From the NCBI GenBank assembly GCA_963749495.1, contig CAVVMW010000021.1:832001-896000 (forward strand): a DNA stretch of 64,000 nucleotides, in the 5' to 3' direction. The notes under the pieces were generated by a model. The model was given only the letters and a program-made list of their open reading frames with translations, made no database searches and was not told the DNA's origin. Below, piece by piece: positions 32,236-43,200 of this stretch. A program made the translations under genes and the position numbers. This DNA comes from an uncultured bacterium. Lineage in GTDB: Bacteria; Verrucomicrobiota; Verrucomicrobiia; Limisphaerales; UBA8199. Positions within the stretch are counted from its first letter, which is position 1, and the number at the start of each line of letters is the position of its first letter.

Positions 32236-33654
32236 TCATCGCGCTTGCACTGCGCGGAAGAATCCGGCCGGGCCGCTAATCGGAATGGTCACCCGCTGCA
32301 GCCCGGGTGGCGCCAGGTTTTGGACCGGCATCCACGGACCCTGGACGGTGGGCGCCCATTCGAGGGTGTACGCCCCCGCGGGAGCCGGCCAGCTAACTTG
32401 CACGGCCCGGGCAATGGTGAGCTGCGGCACTTCATAGGTCCGGAGTTCAAGGTTGGCGTAGGTGACCTCCAGCGTTGGCTGTGTGCCGTCGGTGTATTGC
32501 CAGGCGTCCAGGCATACCGCATCGCCGGAGGTGATGGGCGCGTCGGCCACGTCGGGGACGATGTCCAGGTTCATGCCGGACAAAGCCAGCAGTTCCGCGC
32601 TCGTGAGGGTGGGGTCGGCTTGTGGGGTATCCAGAACGCTGCGCTGATAGAGGACTGCCTCTTGGTTATCCTTGTCCAACACGCGGGCGGTGACCACGAG
32701 ATTGGGCTGCTCCTGCGTCAGCGCGAGGGAAAGGACGACATTGGTGTTCTTGATCGCCGTCTTCTCGTAAAAGAACACGGCCATGCCCGAGCCCACCCAT
32801 TTGCCCAACTCGACGAAATCCCGGCCTTTATAGAGGATGTAAATCTGATTCCTGGCATAGTTTGCCGGCACGATAGCGGCTGCGTTGGTGGCGTTGTCGC
32901 TCATGCCAACCAAGTTGACCCGCCATTCCAGCGTGCGGTCGTTGGGGACACTCCAGCCCTGGTTCAACACACCCCAGGCGTAGGTGTCCGCATGCGCATA
33001 GGTAGCGAAGGACCATTGGCCGCGCACGGTGAACTGCTGGTTGGCCTCGAGCAGAGGGTAATAAGTGCCTGTTCCTTCCCAGCGCCAGCCCGTCGGTGTA
33101 TTACCGTGGAAGTCGTCCACGACCTCGCTGGTGTTCACCGGAGCCGGGTTGATCATGTCTTGGTAAATGTAGGGCACAGTGAGGTCGAGAGGGTTCTTGG
33201 CGGGTCCGCGCGTCATCGTCTCCTCCAGGCGCAGCCCCTCGATGGCGCCACCGGAACCGTAGCCGGCCAGGCTCAGTTGCAGGCTGTAGTCGAGTTGCAT
33301 GACCCCGTGATAATTGATTATCCACACCTCGCCGTTGGGCGTGAAGTTGGTGTTGCTATCGAAAGCGCCGACCTGCTGGTAGGCGGTGCCCCAGATGAGG
33401 GCTGTGCCATCGGCCTGGTAAGCCCCGTCCGCGAAGACCAGGCGCTGGCCGCTCAGGCGGGCGTCGGTGCTGTCCACCCGCACCAGGTGCGCGTTGCCGC
33501 GCAACAGGATTTGGCCGGCGTTATTGGTGTGAACAATCGGCGGGACGGGGATGGCCGTGATCCAGCCGGTGGATGTCGAGTTGGCAGCCGCCGCTGGCAA
33601 TGCTGCCAGGAGCAGTACCGCCGAGACGGCGTAAGTGAGTTTCGAGTTCCTCAT
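32236..33654 (-). CDS. Secreted hypothetical protein with C-terminal FFR domain
   Basis: Signal peptide MRNSKLTYAVSAVLLLAALPAAAA; beta-rich body; VSWPA..GPW..GFFRAV. Confidence 0.85.
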   Translation of the reverse strand: MRNSKLTYAVSAVLLLAALPAAAANSTSTGWITAIPVPPIVHTNNAGQILLRGNAHLVRVDSTDARLSGQRLVFADGAYQADGTALIWGTAYQQVGAFDSNTNFTPNGEVWIINYHGVMQLDYSLQLSLAGYGSGGAIEGLRLEETMTRGPAKNPLDLTVPYIYQDMINPAPVNTSEVVDDFHGNTPTGWRWEGTGTYYPLLEANQQFTVRGQWSFATYAHADTYAWGVLNQGWSVPNDRTLEWRVNLVGMSDNATNAAAIVPANYARNQIYILYKGRDFVELGKWVGSGMAVFFYEKTAIKNTNVVLSLALTQEQPNLVVTARVLDKDNQEAVLYQRSVLDTPQADPTLTSAELLALSGMNLDIVPDVADAPITSGDAVCLDAWQYTDGTQPTLEVTYANLELRTYEVPQLTIARAVQVSWPAPAGAYTLEWAPTVQGPWMPVQNLAPPGLQRVTIPISGPAGFFRAVQAR

Positions 33655-33718
33655 AAGCAAGGTTGTTGTTAGCGTTTTGTTGTCGGCCCAGATCGGGCAC
33701 CAGGCCGCATTCACCCCG

Positions 33719-33747
33719 GTTCTACAACGAAAGAGGGCAAACGTTAC
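33719..33747 (-). promoter_or_regulatory. Putative ECF promoter GTAACG-N13-GTTGTAGAAC
   Basis: Same motif and spacing as 37606-37634; 65 bp upstream of the ATG at 33654. Confidence 0.65.
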
Positions 33748-33748
33748 A

Positions 33749-33883
33749 GTAACTGTTCAGGTGGGGCAGACCTCTGGTCTGCCGGTCAGAGGGGCCTCTG
33801 GCCCCGAGTCTTGCACCTGCCAAACACACGGAGCCGGAGGCTCTGTGGACCCGCAGACCGGGAGGTCTGCCCCGCACCTGAAC
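33749..33883. repeat. REP/MITE-like element, copy 2
   Basis: Near-identical to 7213-7362; truncates the upstream ORF. Confidence 0.85.
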
Positions 33884-34200
33884 TGGCCGCTGGTCACGCC
33901 GATGAAAACCACCTGGCCGAAGGGAAGACCGGCCTTAAGCCCGTACCACACCGCGGTAAACCGGGCGGTGTCATGCCCTGTCATTACGGCCTGGCCCACC
34001 AGGGGGCTGACGTATTCGAGATCAGCAAAAAGGCCGGGCTGGATCACCGATGGCCGGACCGGCACCTGGATCGAGCCGGAGATGGCTGCCCGTCTGCCGG
34101 AGGGGTCCGGTGACATGGTATAGGTCCACTGCAGTGGCGTTCCTGGTACTTTCGCGATCCACGCCCCCTCCAGGCGGGCCGACTCGTGATCGGGATCGGT
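33884..34200 (-). pseudogene. Fragment of a hypothetical protein, cut by the REP element
   Basis: RLEGAWIAKVPGTPLQW..FIGVTSGQFR runs directly into the repeat. Confidence 0.55.
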
Positions 34201-34246
34201 CCAAGGGAGTTGGTCCGGTCCTGGATTTTCCTGCCAACTCAGCCTG

Positions 34247-37200
34247 TTATGGAGTCGCCTCTCCTTGTTCCACGGCCCCGATTTCTTCCCACGAGGGGGC
34301 GCGCCAAAGGTGGGCGAGACCACCCATGGACGTGGCGGCCAGCGTGTTGCCGTCAGGGGAAAAAGTGAGGTCATGGAAGCAGAGTCCCTCGGCCTGCAAC
34401 GACAGGAGTTCTCTGTGCGCGGCCACGTCCCACAGTTTCACGGCATCTCTGGAACTCAGGCCACCCGTAGCCAACCGGCGGCCATCCGGCGAGAGCGCCC
34501 CGCCGAAGATGCACCCCAGATGACCCCGCAGCGGCGCCACTTCCCGCCGGGCGACCACATCCCACAGCCTGGCGGAACCATCCATGCTGGTCGAGGCCAG
34601 CAGGCGGCCATCCGGCGAGAAATGCATGCTACTCACAGCCCCACTGTGGTTGGTGAACGCAACCTCGATCTGTTCCGAGGGAAAGCGGAAGAGCTTCACG
34701 GCGCCGTTGAGATATCCGGCCGCCAGAAGCCGGTCGTCCGGTGAAAACTCGGCCGCCCACAAACCGCCAAACTGCCTTCCCGTCAGGGGCACCTCCTTCC
34801 AACCGCTGGTTCGCCAGAGGCCGAGGCGCGCCGTCTGATCATTGCGAACAGCGCGGGCGATGAAGTAGCGGCCACTGCGGGAGAAGCGCAGCTCCCCGAA
34901 CCACTCGAAGGGAAAGGCGAAGTTGGTGACCGCGCGGCGACACGTCCAATCCCAGACGGCGAGCGTTCCCGAAGTTTTGCCCGCAGCCAGCCAGCGGCCA
35001 TCGGGCGAGAGCGCTGCACTCCAGTGATTGCTGCCCAAGGCGGGCAGGTTCTCCGTAATGCGGAGGGACCGCGCATCCCGGAGCGCGAGCGAGCCGTTGG
35101 TGTCGGGGGTGATGACGCCGCGGGAGTTCGGCGTAAACCCAAAGCCGGACCGGCGCACCACCCTCGGGTCGAGCGCATTGGTCGCGAAGCTTTCCGCCCC
35201 AAGCCCAGCCGGAGAGCCAATCCCGAAAGAGACTCTCAGTTGGGTGTGGATGGGCTCTCTGCTGCTGGCGGACGCATCCCAGAAACGGACCGATCCCCCT
35301 GCGTCTCCAGTCACCAGGGTGCGGCCGTCGGGCAGCAGGACCATCGCGGCCAGCCCCCGGGAGCTCCGCAGACAGCGACGCTCGGTGCGGTCAGCGACGC
35401 TCCAGATCCGAAGGGTCCCGTCATAGCTCGCTGAGGCCAACTGCTGTCCATCCGGCGTGAAAGCCAGTGCCGTGACGGAATCTGTATGGTTGGTCAACTG
35501 CCCCCGAGGTTCGCCGGAGCGGGCGTCCCAGAGGCAGATGGTTCCGATGTTGTAGGCAAAGCCGGCCCGAGGAATTCAGAGGCGGGCGAAAAGGCCAGGG
35601 TCATGACGCCGAAACCGGGTGGGACCTGGAGCGGCATGAAGGTCCCCGTCCGCAGGTCGAGGAGCCGAATTTGACCGTGGTCCTCCCCGATGGCCAGCCG
35701 GTTGCCGTCGGGTGAGAAGGCCACAACGCCGGTGCGTCCCTGTCGAGGTCGCGACACCGTGAAGTTGGTGAGGATCTGGCCGGAGGTCCAGTCAACCACC
35801 TTGACGCCCCCGCGATTATCGAACGTGGCCAGCAGCCTGCCGTCCGGAGAAAAGCCCACGGACCTGATTCGAGCCTCGTATTTGAGCGTCCTGGTTGCTC
35901 TGCCTGCCTTCGGGTCCCATAGGGCTATCCCAGCTTGTCCAGTCGCATCCAAAGTGCCCGCGGCCAAAAGATTGTCCGCCGGGGAAAAAGCCAGGGCTCC
36001 ACTTGCACCGGAGGAGAGCTCTTCATCTGGCAGGTGGTTGTCGGCCGGGGAAAAAGCCAGGGCTCCGGTTGTGGCGGTCGGCAACCCCGCTAGTGGCCGT
36101 CTGGTGGTCAAATCCCACAGCGCGACCTGGCCTCCCGTCGCCAGCGCCAGTAGCCTGCCATCTTTCGAGACGGCCATTGCCGGGATAGGGCCTGGATACC
36201 GGTGCAGCGTGGATGACTCGTCACCTTGGCAGAGCCGCCACAGGTAGCGCCATTCCCAGCCGCGCAAATCAATCTCCGATTTCCGATTTCGGATTTCGGA
36301 TTTCCCCCCTGGCCGGTGTTGTTCCAGCAAGCTCACCGCGAGCCCGGGCCTGTTATCGGCAAGGGCAAGTTGAGCCAGGTGCATGTCGGCAGCGTAAGTA
36401 CTCTGGCGCGCGAACCGTTCTCGGGCATCGGCCCGGGCACGTTCGGATTCCGCCCGGCGCCATTGCCAGGCCACGCCCGCCAGGCCGATCAGCAGGCTCA
36501 AGAAAGCGGCGGCGACGGCTGTGGCCAGGCGCGGGTTGCGCCGGCACCAGCGCCAGGCCTTGCCGGCAGCCCCGATGGGCCTGGCGAGCACCGGCTGGCC
36601 GTCGAGAAAGCGGCCCAACTCGTCCGCCAGCATCTGCGCCGTGGCGTAGCGCTTGCCAGGTTCCTTTTCCAGGCACTTCAGGCAAATCGTCTCCAGGTCC
36701 TGCGGAATGCTCGGGTTGAGCAGGCGCGGTGGAACCGGATCGATTTCGATGACCTGTTTCAAGAGCGTCGTCAGTGTCTCCGCCTGAAACGGCGGCTGGC
36801 GAGTGAGCAGGTGATAAAGTAGCGCGCCCAGGGAATACACCTCCGTGGGGAGCCCGATGGCTTGCAGGCGCCCCTCCGCCTGCTCCGGCGCCATGAAATT
36901 AGGCGAGCCCAGTACCTGCCCGGTCAACGTCATGTCCGAATCCACAGTCAGCCGCTTGGCCAGCCCGAAATCGGTAATGCGAGGCTGATCCGACCGGTCA
37001 ATGAGAATATTGGATGGCTTGAGGTCGCGGTGGAGGATTCCGTGCTGGTGGGCATAGTGCACCGCCTCGGCGATGGTCTTGAGGTAACTCGCCGCCCGTC
37101 TGGCCGGCAAGGGTTTCTCCCGCACCACCTCGGCCAGCGTCTGCCCTTCGATAAAGTCCATCGAAAAGTAGTGCTGGCCCTCCTGTTCCCCAACGTCGTG

Positions 37201-37572
37201 GATGGCGACGATGTGCGGGTGCTGCAAACCGGCAGCCGCAGCGGCCTCGGTTTGAAAGCGCTGCACCACGTCCTCGCGGCTGAACTGGCCGAAGGGGAGC
37301 AGCTTGAGGGCCACGATGCGGTCCAGGTTGACCTGCCTGGCCTTATACACCACCCCCATGCCGCCCTGGCCGACTTTCTCGAGCAGCTCGTAATTTCCAA
37401 ACCTCTGGCCGGTCATCCCGAGCGCCCGCCCTCCGCCCTCCGCCCTCCGTCCTCCGTCCTCCGGCTCCGCCCCCGCCAACGCTTCCCTCAGCAGACAACT
37501 CGGGCAGTACCCGCTCGAGGTCGATTCGGCCAGCTCAGCTCTACAGCGACCGCATATTCGGCCAACGGCCAT
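34247..37572 (-). CDS. Ser/Thr protein kinase-TM-WD40 protein, frameshift near 35568
   Basis: [33 protein letters not shown]40 repeats continue in the second frame as AGFAYNIGTICLWD..LTNHTDSV. Confidence 0.88.
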
Positions 37573-37605
37573 AGTTTGCCTTTCTCTCCAGTCTCACATC
37601 ACCCC

Positions 37606-37634
37606 GTTCTACAGCAAAACTCTCCGGGCGTTAC
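37606..37634 (-). promoter_or_regulatory. Putative ECF promoter GTAACG-N13-GCTGTAGAAC
   Basis: Matches 33719-33747; 34 bp upstream of the kinase ATG. Confidence 0.65.
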
Positions 37635-37738
37635 CAACCACGATAACAACCCGCCCGGGAGCGTGGGGCGCGTCACGGCTTCAGGGCGTTCTCCCCTGCT
37701 CTACGGTCCGGGCCGCACTGCAAGCTGCGGGCTACGGC

Positions 37739-38503
37739 TCAGTTCTTTCCGCTCACCGCCCTTATCAAGCATCTCACCTCCTCATCCACCTCCTCGGGCG
37801 TAGCGACGGTTTGCGCGACCTCCGTTTTCAGCAGCTCGCGGTAGCGCTTGCGCAGGCGGTGTACGGCCACACGGACCGCGCCTTGGCTCATACCCAGGCT
37901 TTCGCCGACTACCGCGTAAGAGCCTGGGCCGGACGAGCTGTCGCCGCCCCAGAGCGACGAGGCCAGTTCTCCAAACAAGCGTTCCTTCCCCCCGCGCGTG
38001 TACTCCTCTCGCAACGAAGCCAGCACTTGATCCAGCAGGGTGATAGCCCAGCGGTGTTCATACGCGCGCTCCGGGGTCGCCGCGGTCACCGGCTCAAGCG
38101 CATAGCGTCGTTCGCCGTTCGCAGCGTCCAGGGAAAGGAAAGTGGCGCCCCCGCCGCGCTTTATCCGTTGGGCGCGTTTCCATTCGTTGGTCAAGAAATG
38201 CTCGAGCGCGTGGAGGAGGAAGGTGCGGAACCGGCCCCGCCTGGGATCGGCCAGCCGGAAGTATTCGTGCTGGAGCAGCACCGCGAAGAACTGCTGGGTG
38301 AGGTCCTCCGCGTCCTCCGGGCCATAGCCGCGGCGTCGAACATAGACGTAGAGCGGATACCAATAAGTGCGACAGAGTTGTTCCAGGGCGGCAGCGGATT
38401 GCGGCGTATCCTGCTGGCCCGCCGCCAGCACCACGCTCCAATGCGTCGTCGCGAACACGCCCCCGGGCGCCTGGGGTTCGGAATTTGAATCTTCCGTCCG
38501 CAC
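37739..38503 (-). CDS. ECF sigma factor (kinase-associated type)
   Basis: FATTHWSVV, YWYPLY, DAEDLTQ, GRFRTFL, AVRVAVHRLRKRY. Confidence 0.92.
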   Translation of the reverse strand: MRTEDSNSEPQAPGGVFATTHWSVVLAAGQQDTPQSAAALEQLCRTYWYPLYVYVRRRGYGPEDAEDLTQQFFAVLLQHEYFRLADPRRGRFRTFLLHALEHFLTNEWKRAQRIKRGGGATFLSLDAANGERRYALEPVTAATPERAYEHRWAITLLDQVLASLREEYTRGGKERLFGELASSLWGGDSSSGPGSYAVVGESLGMSQGAVRVAVHRLRKRYRELLKTEVAQTVATPEEVDEEVRCLIRAVSGKN

Positions 38504-38591
38504 GGGTCTATCTAACCCAATCCGGTTTGCATTGCACGCCGAATCGACGCGCCAAGAACAGTTACTGACCATCCCTTCGATTGTCCAGAGA

Positions 38592-40220
38592 TTACCACAT
38601 CCACCAATAAGCGGCGATGGTAATCACGCTGAGGATGGCCAGGTGGAGACGCCAATCGGAAAGGCCTTGGAAGGGCTCCCACCTCTTGCCCCATTCGAGT
38701 GTGGTGGCGGCGAGTTTGGCGGGCTCGGTCTTCCGGGTAAAGGCCGAGACCAGGAACAGGATCAGCGTGATCGCCAGTGTTCCCCAGAAACCCCGGTAGG
38801 TATAGTTCTCGGTCATCGGCCAGTGCAGCAGCGGAAACAACCTGGCCGCCAGGGCCTTGTCCTGGAGGAGCGCGTCGGCCACGAACACGCCCGAGATGGC
38901 GATGCCTGCAAAGAAAGACGCCGCCGCCCCGGCGAACGTCACGCGCCGGCTGAGAATGCCGAACACGATGGCGGGAGTCAGCGGCATGACCAGGTAGATG
39001 GAGATGGTCTGGAGGTATTTATAGACCCCTTCCGGTTGCCAGGCGATGATGCCGGCGGCGCCGACCCCGAGGAACATGGCCCCGACAATCGAGACCCGTC
39101 CGATCGCCACTTGCGCGGCCTCGCCGATGCCGGGCCGGAACCGCAGGACGAAGTCGCGGACCGCCATGGTCGAGATCGAGTTCATGACCGCGATCAAGGC
39201 GCTGAGCACGGCGCCCAGCAGGGCCGAGAGCACGTAACCGCGAATCCCGCTCGGCAGCAGGTTGTCAAGTATCCAGATGAAGGTGGCGCGGCTGTCCTTG
39301 ACGTTGATGTGCGGATGGAGCGCCAGCGCGATGACGCCGGGCAGGGCGAAGATGAACACCGGGGTCAGCTTGAGCAGCACGCCCAACATCGCGCCCCAGC
39401 GGGCCTGCTTCAGGTCCCTGGCCCCAAGCATCCTCTGGACATTGACCTGGTCCATGCCCCAGTAGAAGGTCCCCCCATAGACGGCGCCCAGAATGACCCC
39501 CCAGAAGGGATAGGTCGGGTCGGTCCACGGCTTGTGGATGTGCATCGCGTCCGGCACCGGGGTTTGCTGCACTATCTGGCAGAGCCCGCCCCATCCGCCC
39601 ACCTTGTGCAACCCGATGAAGAGCACCATGGCCGAGCCCGCGAGCATAATGGGCGAGTGAATGGCGTCCGTATAAGCCACGACGCCAAAGCCCCCGATGA
39701 TCGTGATGACAGCCGTCGTGATGCCCATGATCAAGACGCTCTGCATGACGCCCCAGCCCGTGACCGCCTGGAGCACCAGCGCACCCGCATACATGCAGAA
39801 GGCCATCTTGGTGACCACGCAGATGAAGAGCATCAGGCCCGAAAAACACATGCGCGCCTCGGGCCGGTAGCGGAGCTCGAGGAACTCCGGGATCGTGAAG
39901 ACCCGGTTCTTCATGTAGTAGGGCACCAGCACCGCCGCGGCGAAGCCCAGGCAAATCGCCGTGGTCAACTCGACGGTCCCGGCGCAGATGCCGTAGCGGT
40001 AAGCGTCCCCGGAGAGGCCGACCATGTGCTCGGCGCCGATGTTCGTCGCAAAGAGCGACGCCCCCACGATAGGCCAGGTGAGCGTTCGCCCGGCCAGGAA
40101 GAAACCGCTGCTGTCGGCCTTCTGCCGCGCTCGCAGGGCGAAGTAGAGCCCGAGCAAGACGTTGAAACCCAATGCCCCGATACAGACCACCCAATCAACT
40201 GGCGTCAAGGTAAGGCGCAT
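38592..40220 (-). CDS. Sodium:solute symporter (SSS)
   Basis: FFLAGR, SLFATNIGAEHMVGL, TIPEFLELRY, DQVNVQR. Confidence 0.95.
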   Translation of the reverse strand: MRLTLTPVDWVVCIGALGFNVLLGLYFALRARQKADSSGFFLAGRTLTWPIVGASLFATNIGAEHMVGLSGDAYRYGICAGTVELTTAICLGFAAAVLVPYYMKNRVFTIPEFLELRYRPEARMCFSGLMLFICVVTKMAFCMYAGALVLQAVTGWGVMQSVLIMGITTAVITIIGGFGVVAYTDAIHSPIMLAGSAMVLFIGLHKVGGWGGLCQIVQQTPVPDAMHIHKPWTDPTYPFWGVILGAVYGGTFYWGMDQVNVQRMLGARDLKQARWGAMLGVLLKLTPVFIFALPGVIALALHPHINVKDSRATFIWILDNLLPSGIRGYVLSALLGAVLSALIAVMNSISTMAVRDFVLRFRPGIGEAAQVAIGRVSIVGAMFLGVGAAGIIAWQPEGVYKYLQTISIYLVMPLTPAIVFGILSRRVTFAGAAASFFAGIAISGVFVADALLQDKALAARLFPLLHWPMTENYTYRGFWGTLAITLILFLVSAFTRKTEPAKLAATTLEWGKRWEPFQGLSDWRLHLAILSVITIAAYWWMW

Positions 40221-40222
40221 GG

Positions 40223-43200
40223 CTATTTCTCGAGTGGGTTAAGGGTCGGAACGTTCCACGCCCCGACAGTTATCTTGAGGTCCTTCGGGCCGATCACCGT
40301 TGTCGGGCTGATCGGATCCAGGCCCCTCATATCGAGGCGGACGGTTCCTTCGACGGTGGCACTCTCGCCCGGCGCCAGCCAGAAATAACTGTCGCTCCAG
40401 ATGGCTGCGCAAGTCCCCGGACTAACAGAGAGCGTGACGGGATAGGCAGGGTTGGCGCCGGTGTTCCTGACCACGGCAGAGACGCGGGCTTCGGGACCCG
40501 CGACGCCAATCGGGCGAACTTCGAGGGACAAGGTTGTCGGGCAGCCGGCGAGTTGAGGCTTGAGCCACGGGCCATTCGTGCAGACGGGTTCCGGCACCGG
40601 GGCGGCCTGCCAACGCTTGCGGGCTTCGGCGTCGGCGAGAGACTTGAGGACCCTTTCCCAATAAACTTGCCGGGAGAGGCGTTTGCCGTCCTGGCCGGTG
40701 AGGGTCAGTTCCAGAAAGAAATAGCTTTCCGGAAGATCCGCCGGGATATCCCAGGCAAGATCCTCGGCTACGGGCAGCAGGTCCTTGCCGGTGGCTCCGA
40801 CGGTCACGTCCCAGGTTCTCTCGAAGGCGGTCTTGAGGCTGGCGTCGAGAATGCGGGCCTTGATGGAGCCCCGTTCGCCGGATTTCCGGTCGCTGAGGGT
40901 CAGAACCGAGGCGCGGAACGTGTCGCCGGGGCCCCAGGACCGAAAGCGTGTCCTGGCCATGACATGAACCGCCTCGTGGGCGCGCTTGCTGGTGTAATAA
41001 CTCGCCATCGGCTGGCCGAACCAGTCGATGAGGTTCCAGCTCGAGGATGGGCCGATGGTGTTATAGACCCACACGGTCTGGCCGCCTTTGTAAGGGAACT
41101 GCGCCCGCCATTGCTCGAAAACGCAGCCATAAACGTCCGCCTGGGCCATGCCGGCGTATTCGAGAAATTCGGTGAGGCCTGCCTTCGCGAGGTCGCCGTA
41201 CCAGGAGGCCTTGTTGAATGGATAGTGGCCCACGAAGTTGAGCTCGCAACTCCGGTCGGCCAGGATCGGGTGGTCCTGCACAAAGGCCTTCCAATCATAG
41301 CCGATCGGCTTGTTGCCCAGTTCAGCCTCGGGCACGATGCGTTTGATCAGAGACATGGCGGCGAAAGTATCAAACGACCACTCGGAGACGAAATTGTAGG
41401 CCTCGTCGTAGAGGGTGCCGTACCAGCTTGGATCGGCGCTGTAGATGTCCCAAGGGCCGTAGGCGTGCGCCGTGCCGCCGCCCGGCGAGGACATGCGGAA
41501 CGGGCGATTGTCATAGCCGTCGCAGATCTCGCGGAAGAGGTTGACCACCGGGGCCACTCCCGGCCCGTATGGATTGAACTCGTTGCCGCCGCAATAGACC
41601 GCCAGCGAGGGGTGCTGGCGGAGCCGCAGGACGCTCTGCGTAAGCTGATCGCGCCAGGCCGGAGGTGCCGCACCTGTTGTCGTGTGCCAGCAGAAGGGAA
41701 GTTCCTGCCAGACGAGAATCCCGTCTTCATCGCAGAGATTATAGAATTGTTCGGTTTCGAGAAGGTTGCAGCCGCCGTTGAGGCGGAAGAGGTTCAGGCC
41801 GGCCGCCTTGGCGGCGCCCAGCAGCCAGCGTTCCCGCTCCGGGCTGAGCACCAGGAGATCATCCGAGGTGAGCCAGCAGGCGCCTTTGGCATACATGGGA
41901 ACTCCATTAACGACGAACAGAAAGCGGTACGACTCGTCGGGGTTCTGCATCGCCCCCCACTCCAACGAGCCGGGCTCACCCCAGGCGATGCCCCTTGACC
42001 TCGGGGCCTTCGGCCAACTCGGGTTTCGCGCCAACTCGACCGTCCGGATGCCAAACCTCGAGGAAAGCGCATCGGTTTCACGGCCATTCACCGCCAGTGA
42101 GAGGTCCAGGCGATAAAGAGGTTGCACGCCTTCCCCTACCCCGTTGGGCCACCATAGCTTGGGATTCTCGAGCGAAATGGTCCGCTCGAACCAACTTTCC
42201 CCGCCAGGCGCGGCTTGGAGCGTCTCGGCTTGCCAGACGACGTTCCCGGTCTGCTGTTCCACAATCTTCGCCCGAATCGCCCCATCGGCAGCGGCGCCGC
42301 GGTTGACGATCATGGCTTGCGCGTGGAGCACGGCGCGGCCCGCTTCAAGTCTTTCGGTGCGCACGCAAGGTGCTTCGAGAAACGCCTGGCCCGTGCTCAC
42401 CAGCCGCACTGGCCGCCAGAGGCCGATGGTGCGGTAACGATTTCCCCACTGATAGCTGCTGCCGTCCACCGCCATCGACTTCATCACCGCGCTGAGCCCG
42501 CTCTGCGGCGCGGTTTCGTGGAGCAACTCGACGAGCAGTTCGTGCCTTCCGGGCACGAGGCGCCCGGTCAGGTCGAACGTCGGGCCGCCAAACATGCCCT
42601 CGTGGCTTCCAAGGAGGGTTCCATCCAGCCAAACGACACCGACGTAGTCCATCCCGTCAAAGGTGAGCCGGACCTGCCGATCCTGCCAGTCGGCGGGAAT
42701 GGTGACGGTCTTCCGCAGATACCAATCCTTCTGTGCAATCCACTGCAGCTTCTTGTAGTTGTCCGAGTACCAGGGGTTGTCGAGCTTTCCGGCCTGGAAA
42801 AGGGCGTGCTGAACAGTGTTCGGCATGTGGACTGGCGTCCAGGCGAGGCCTTGGACCGCGCCGGGAGCTCCGGCCGGATCGTCTGGGGCTTGAGCCAGCT
42901 CCCACTCGCCATCGAGGCTGATCTGGCCCTGTTCGCGGGCGGCCACCGGGATCAGGCTGAAGACCGGTGAACCAGCCACCGTCGCTTGCCGGACCGCCTT
43001 CAGGTCCGGGCCGGACTTGAGCACGGCCGCGTAGGCGGCGATTAGCCAATCGCGAACCTCCGGTCCGAGGGGCAATCCCCCGGCATAATGGACCACCACC
43101 CCGCGTCCGACCGCGTTCGCGTAGAGACACGGTTGTTTGGACTCGTTGCTGGCATAGACCAGGCCGGTGGGCGCGGCGGCGCGCGCGTAAGTGGAAGCGC

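Noticed and set aside
26147..38779. Diversity-generating retroelement TR/VR pairs (duplicated gene 3' ends)
   Set aside because: Mismatches are not adenine-specific and no reverse transcriptase is in the window.
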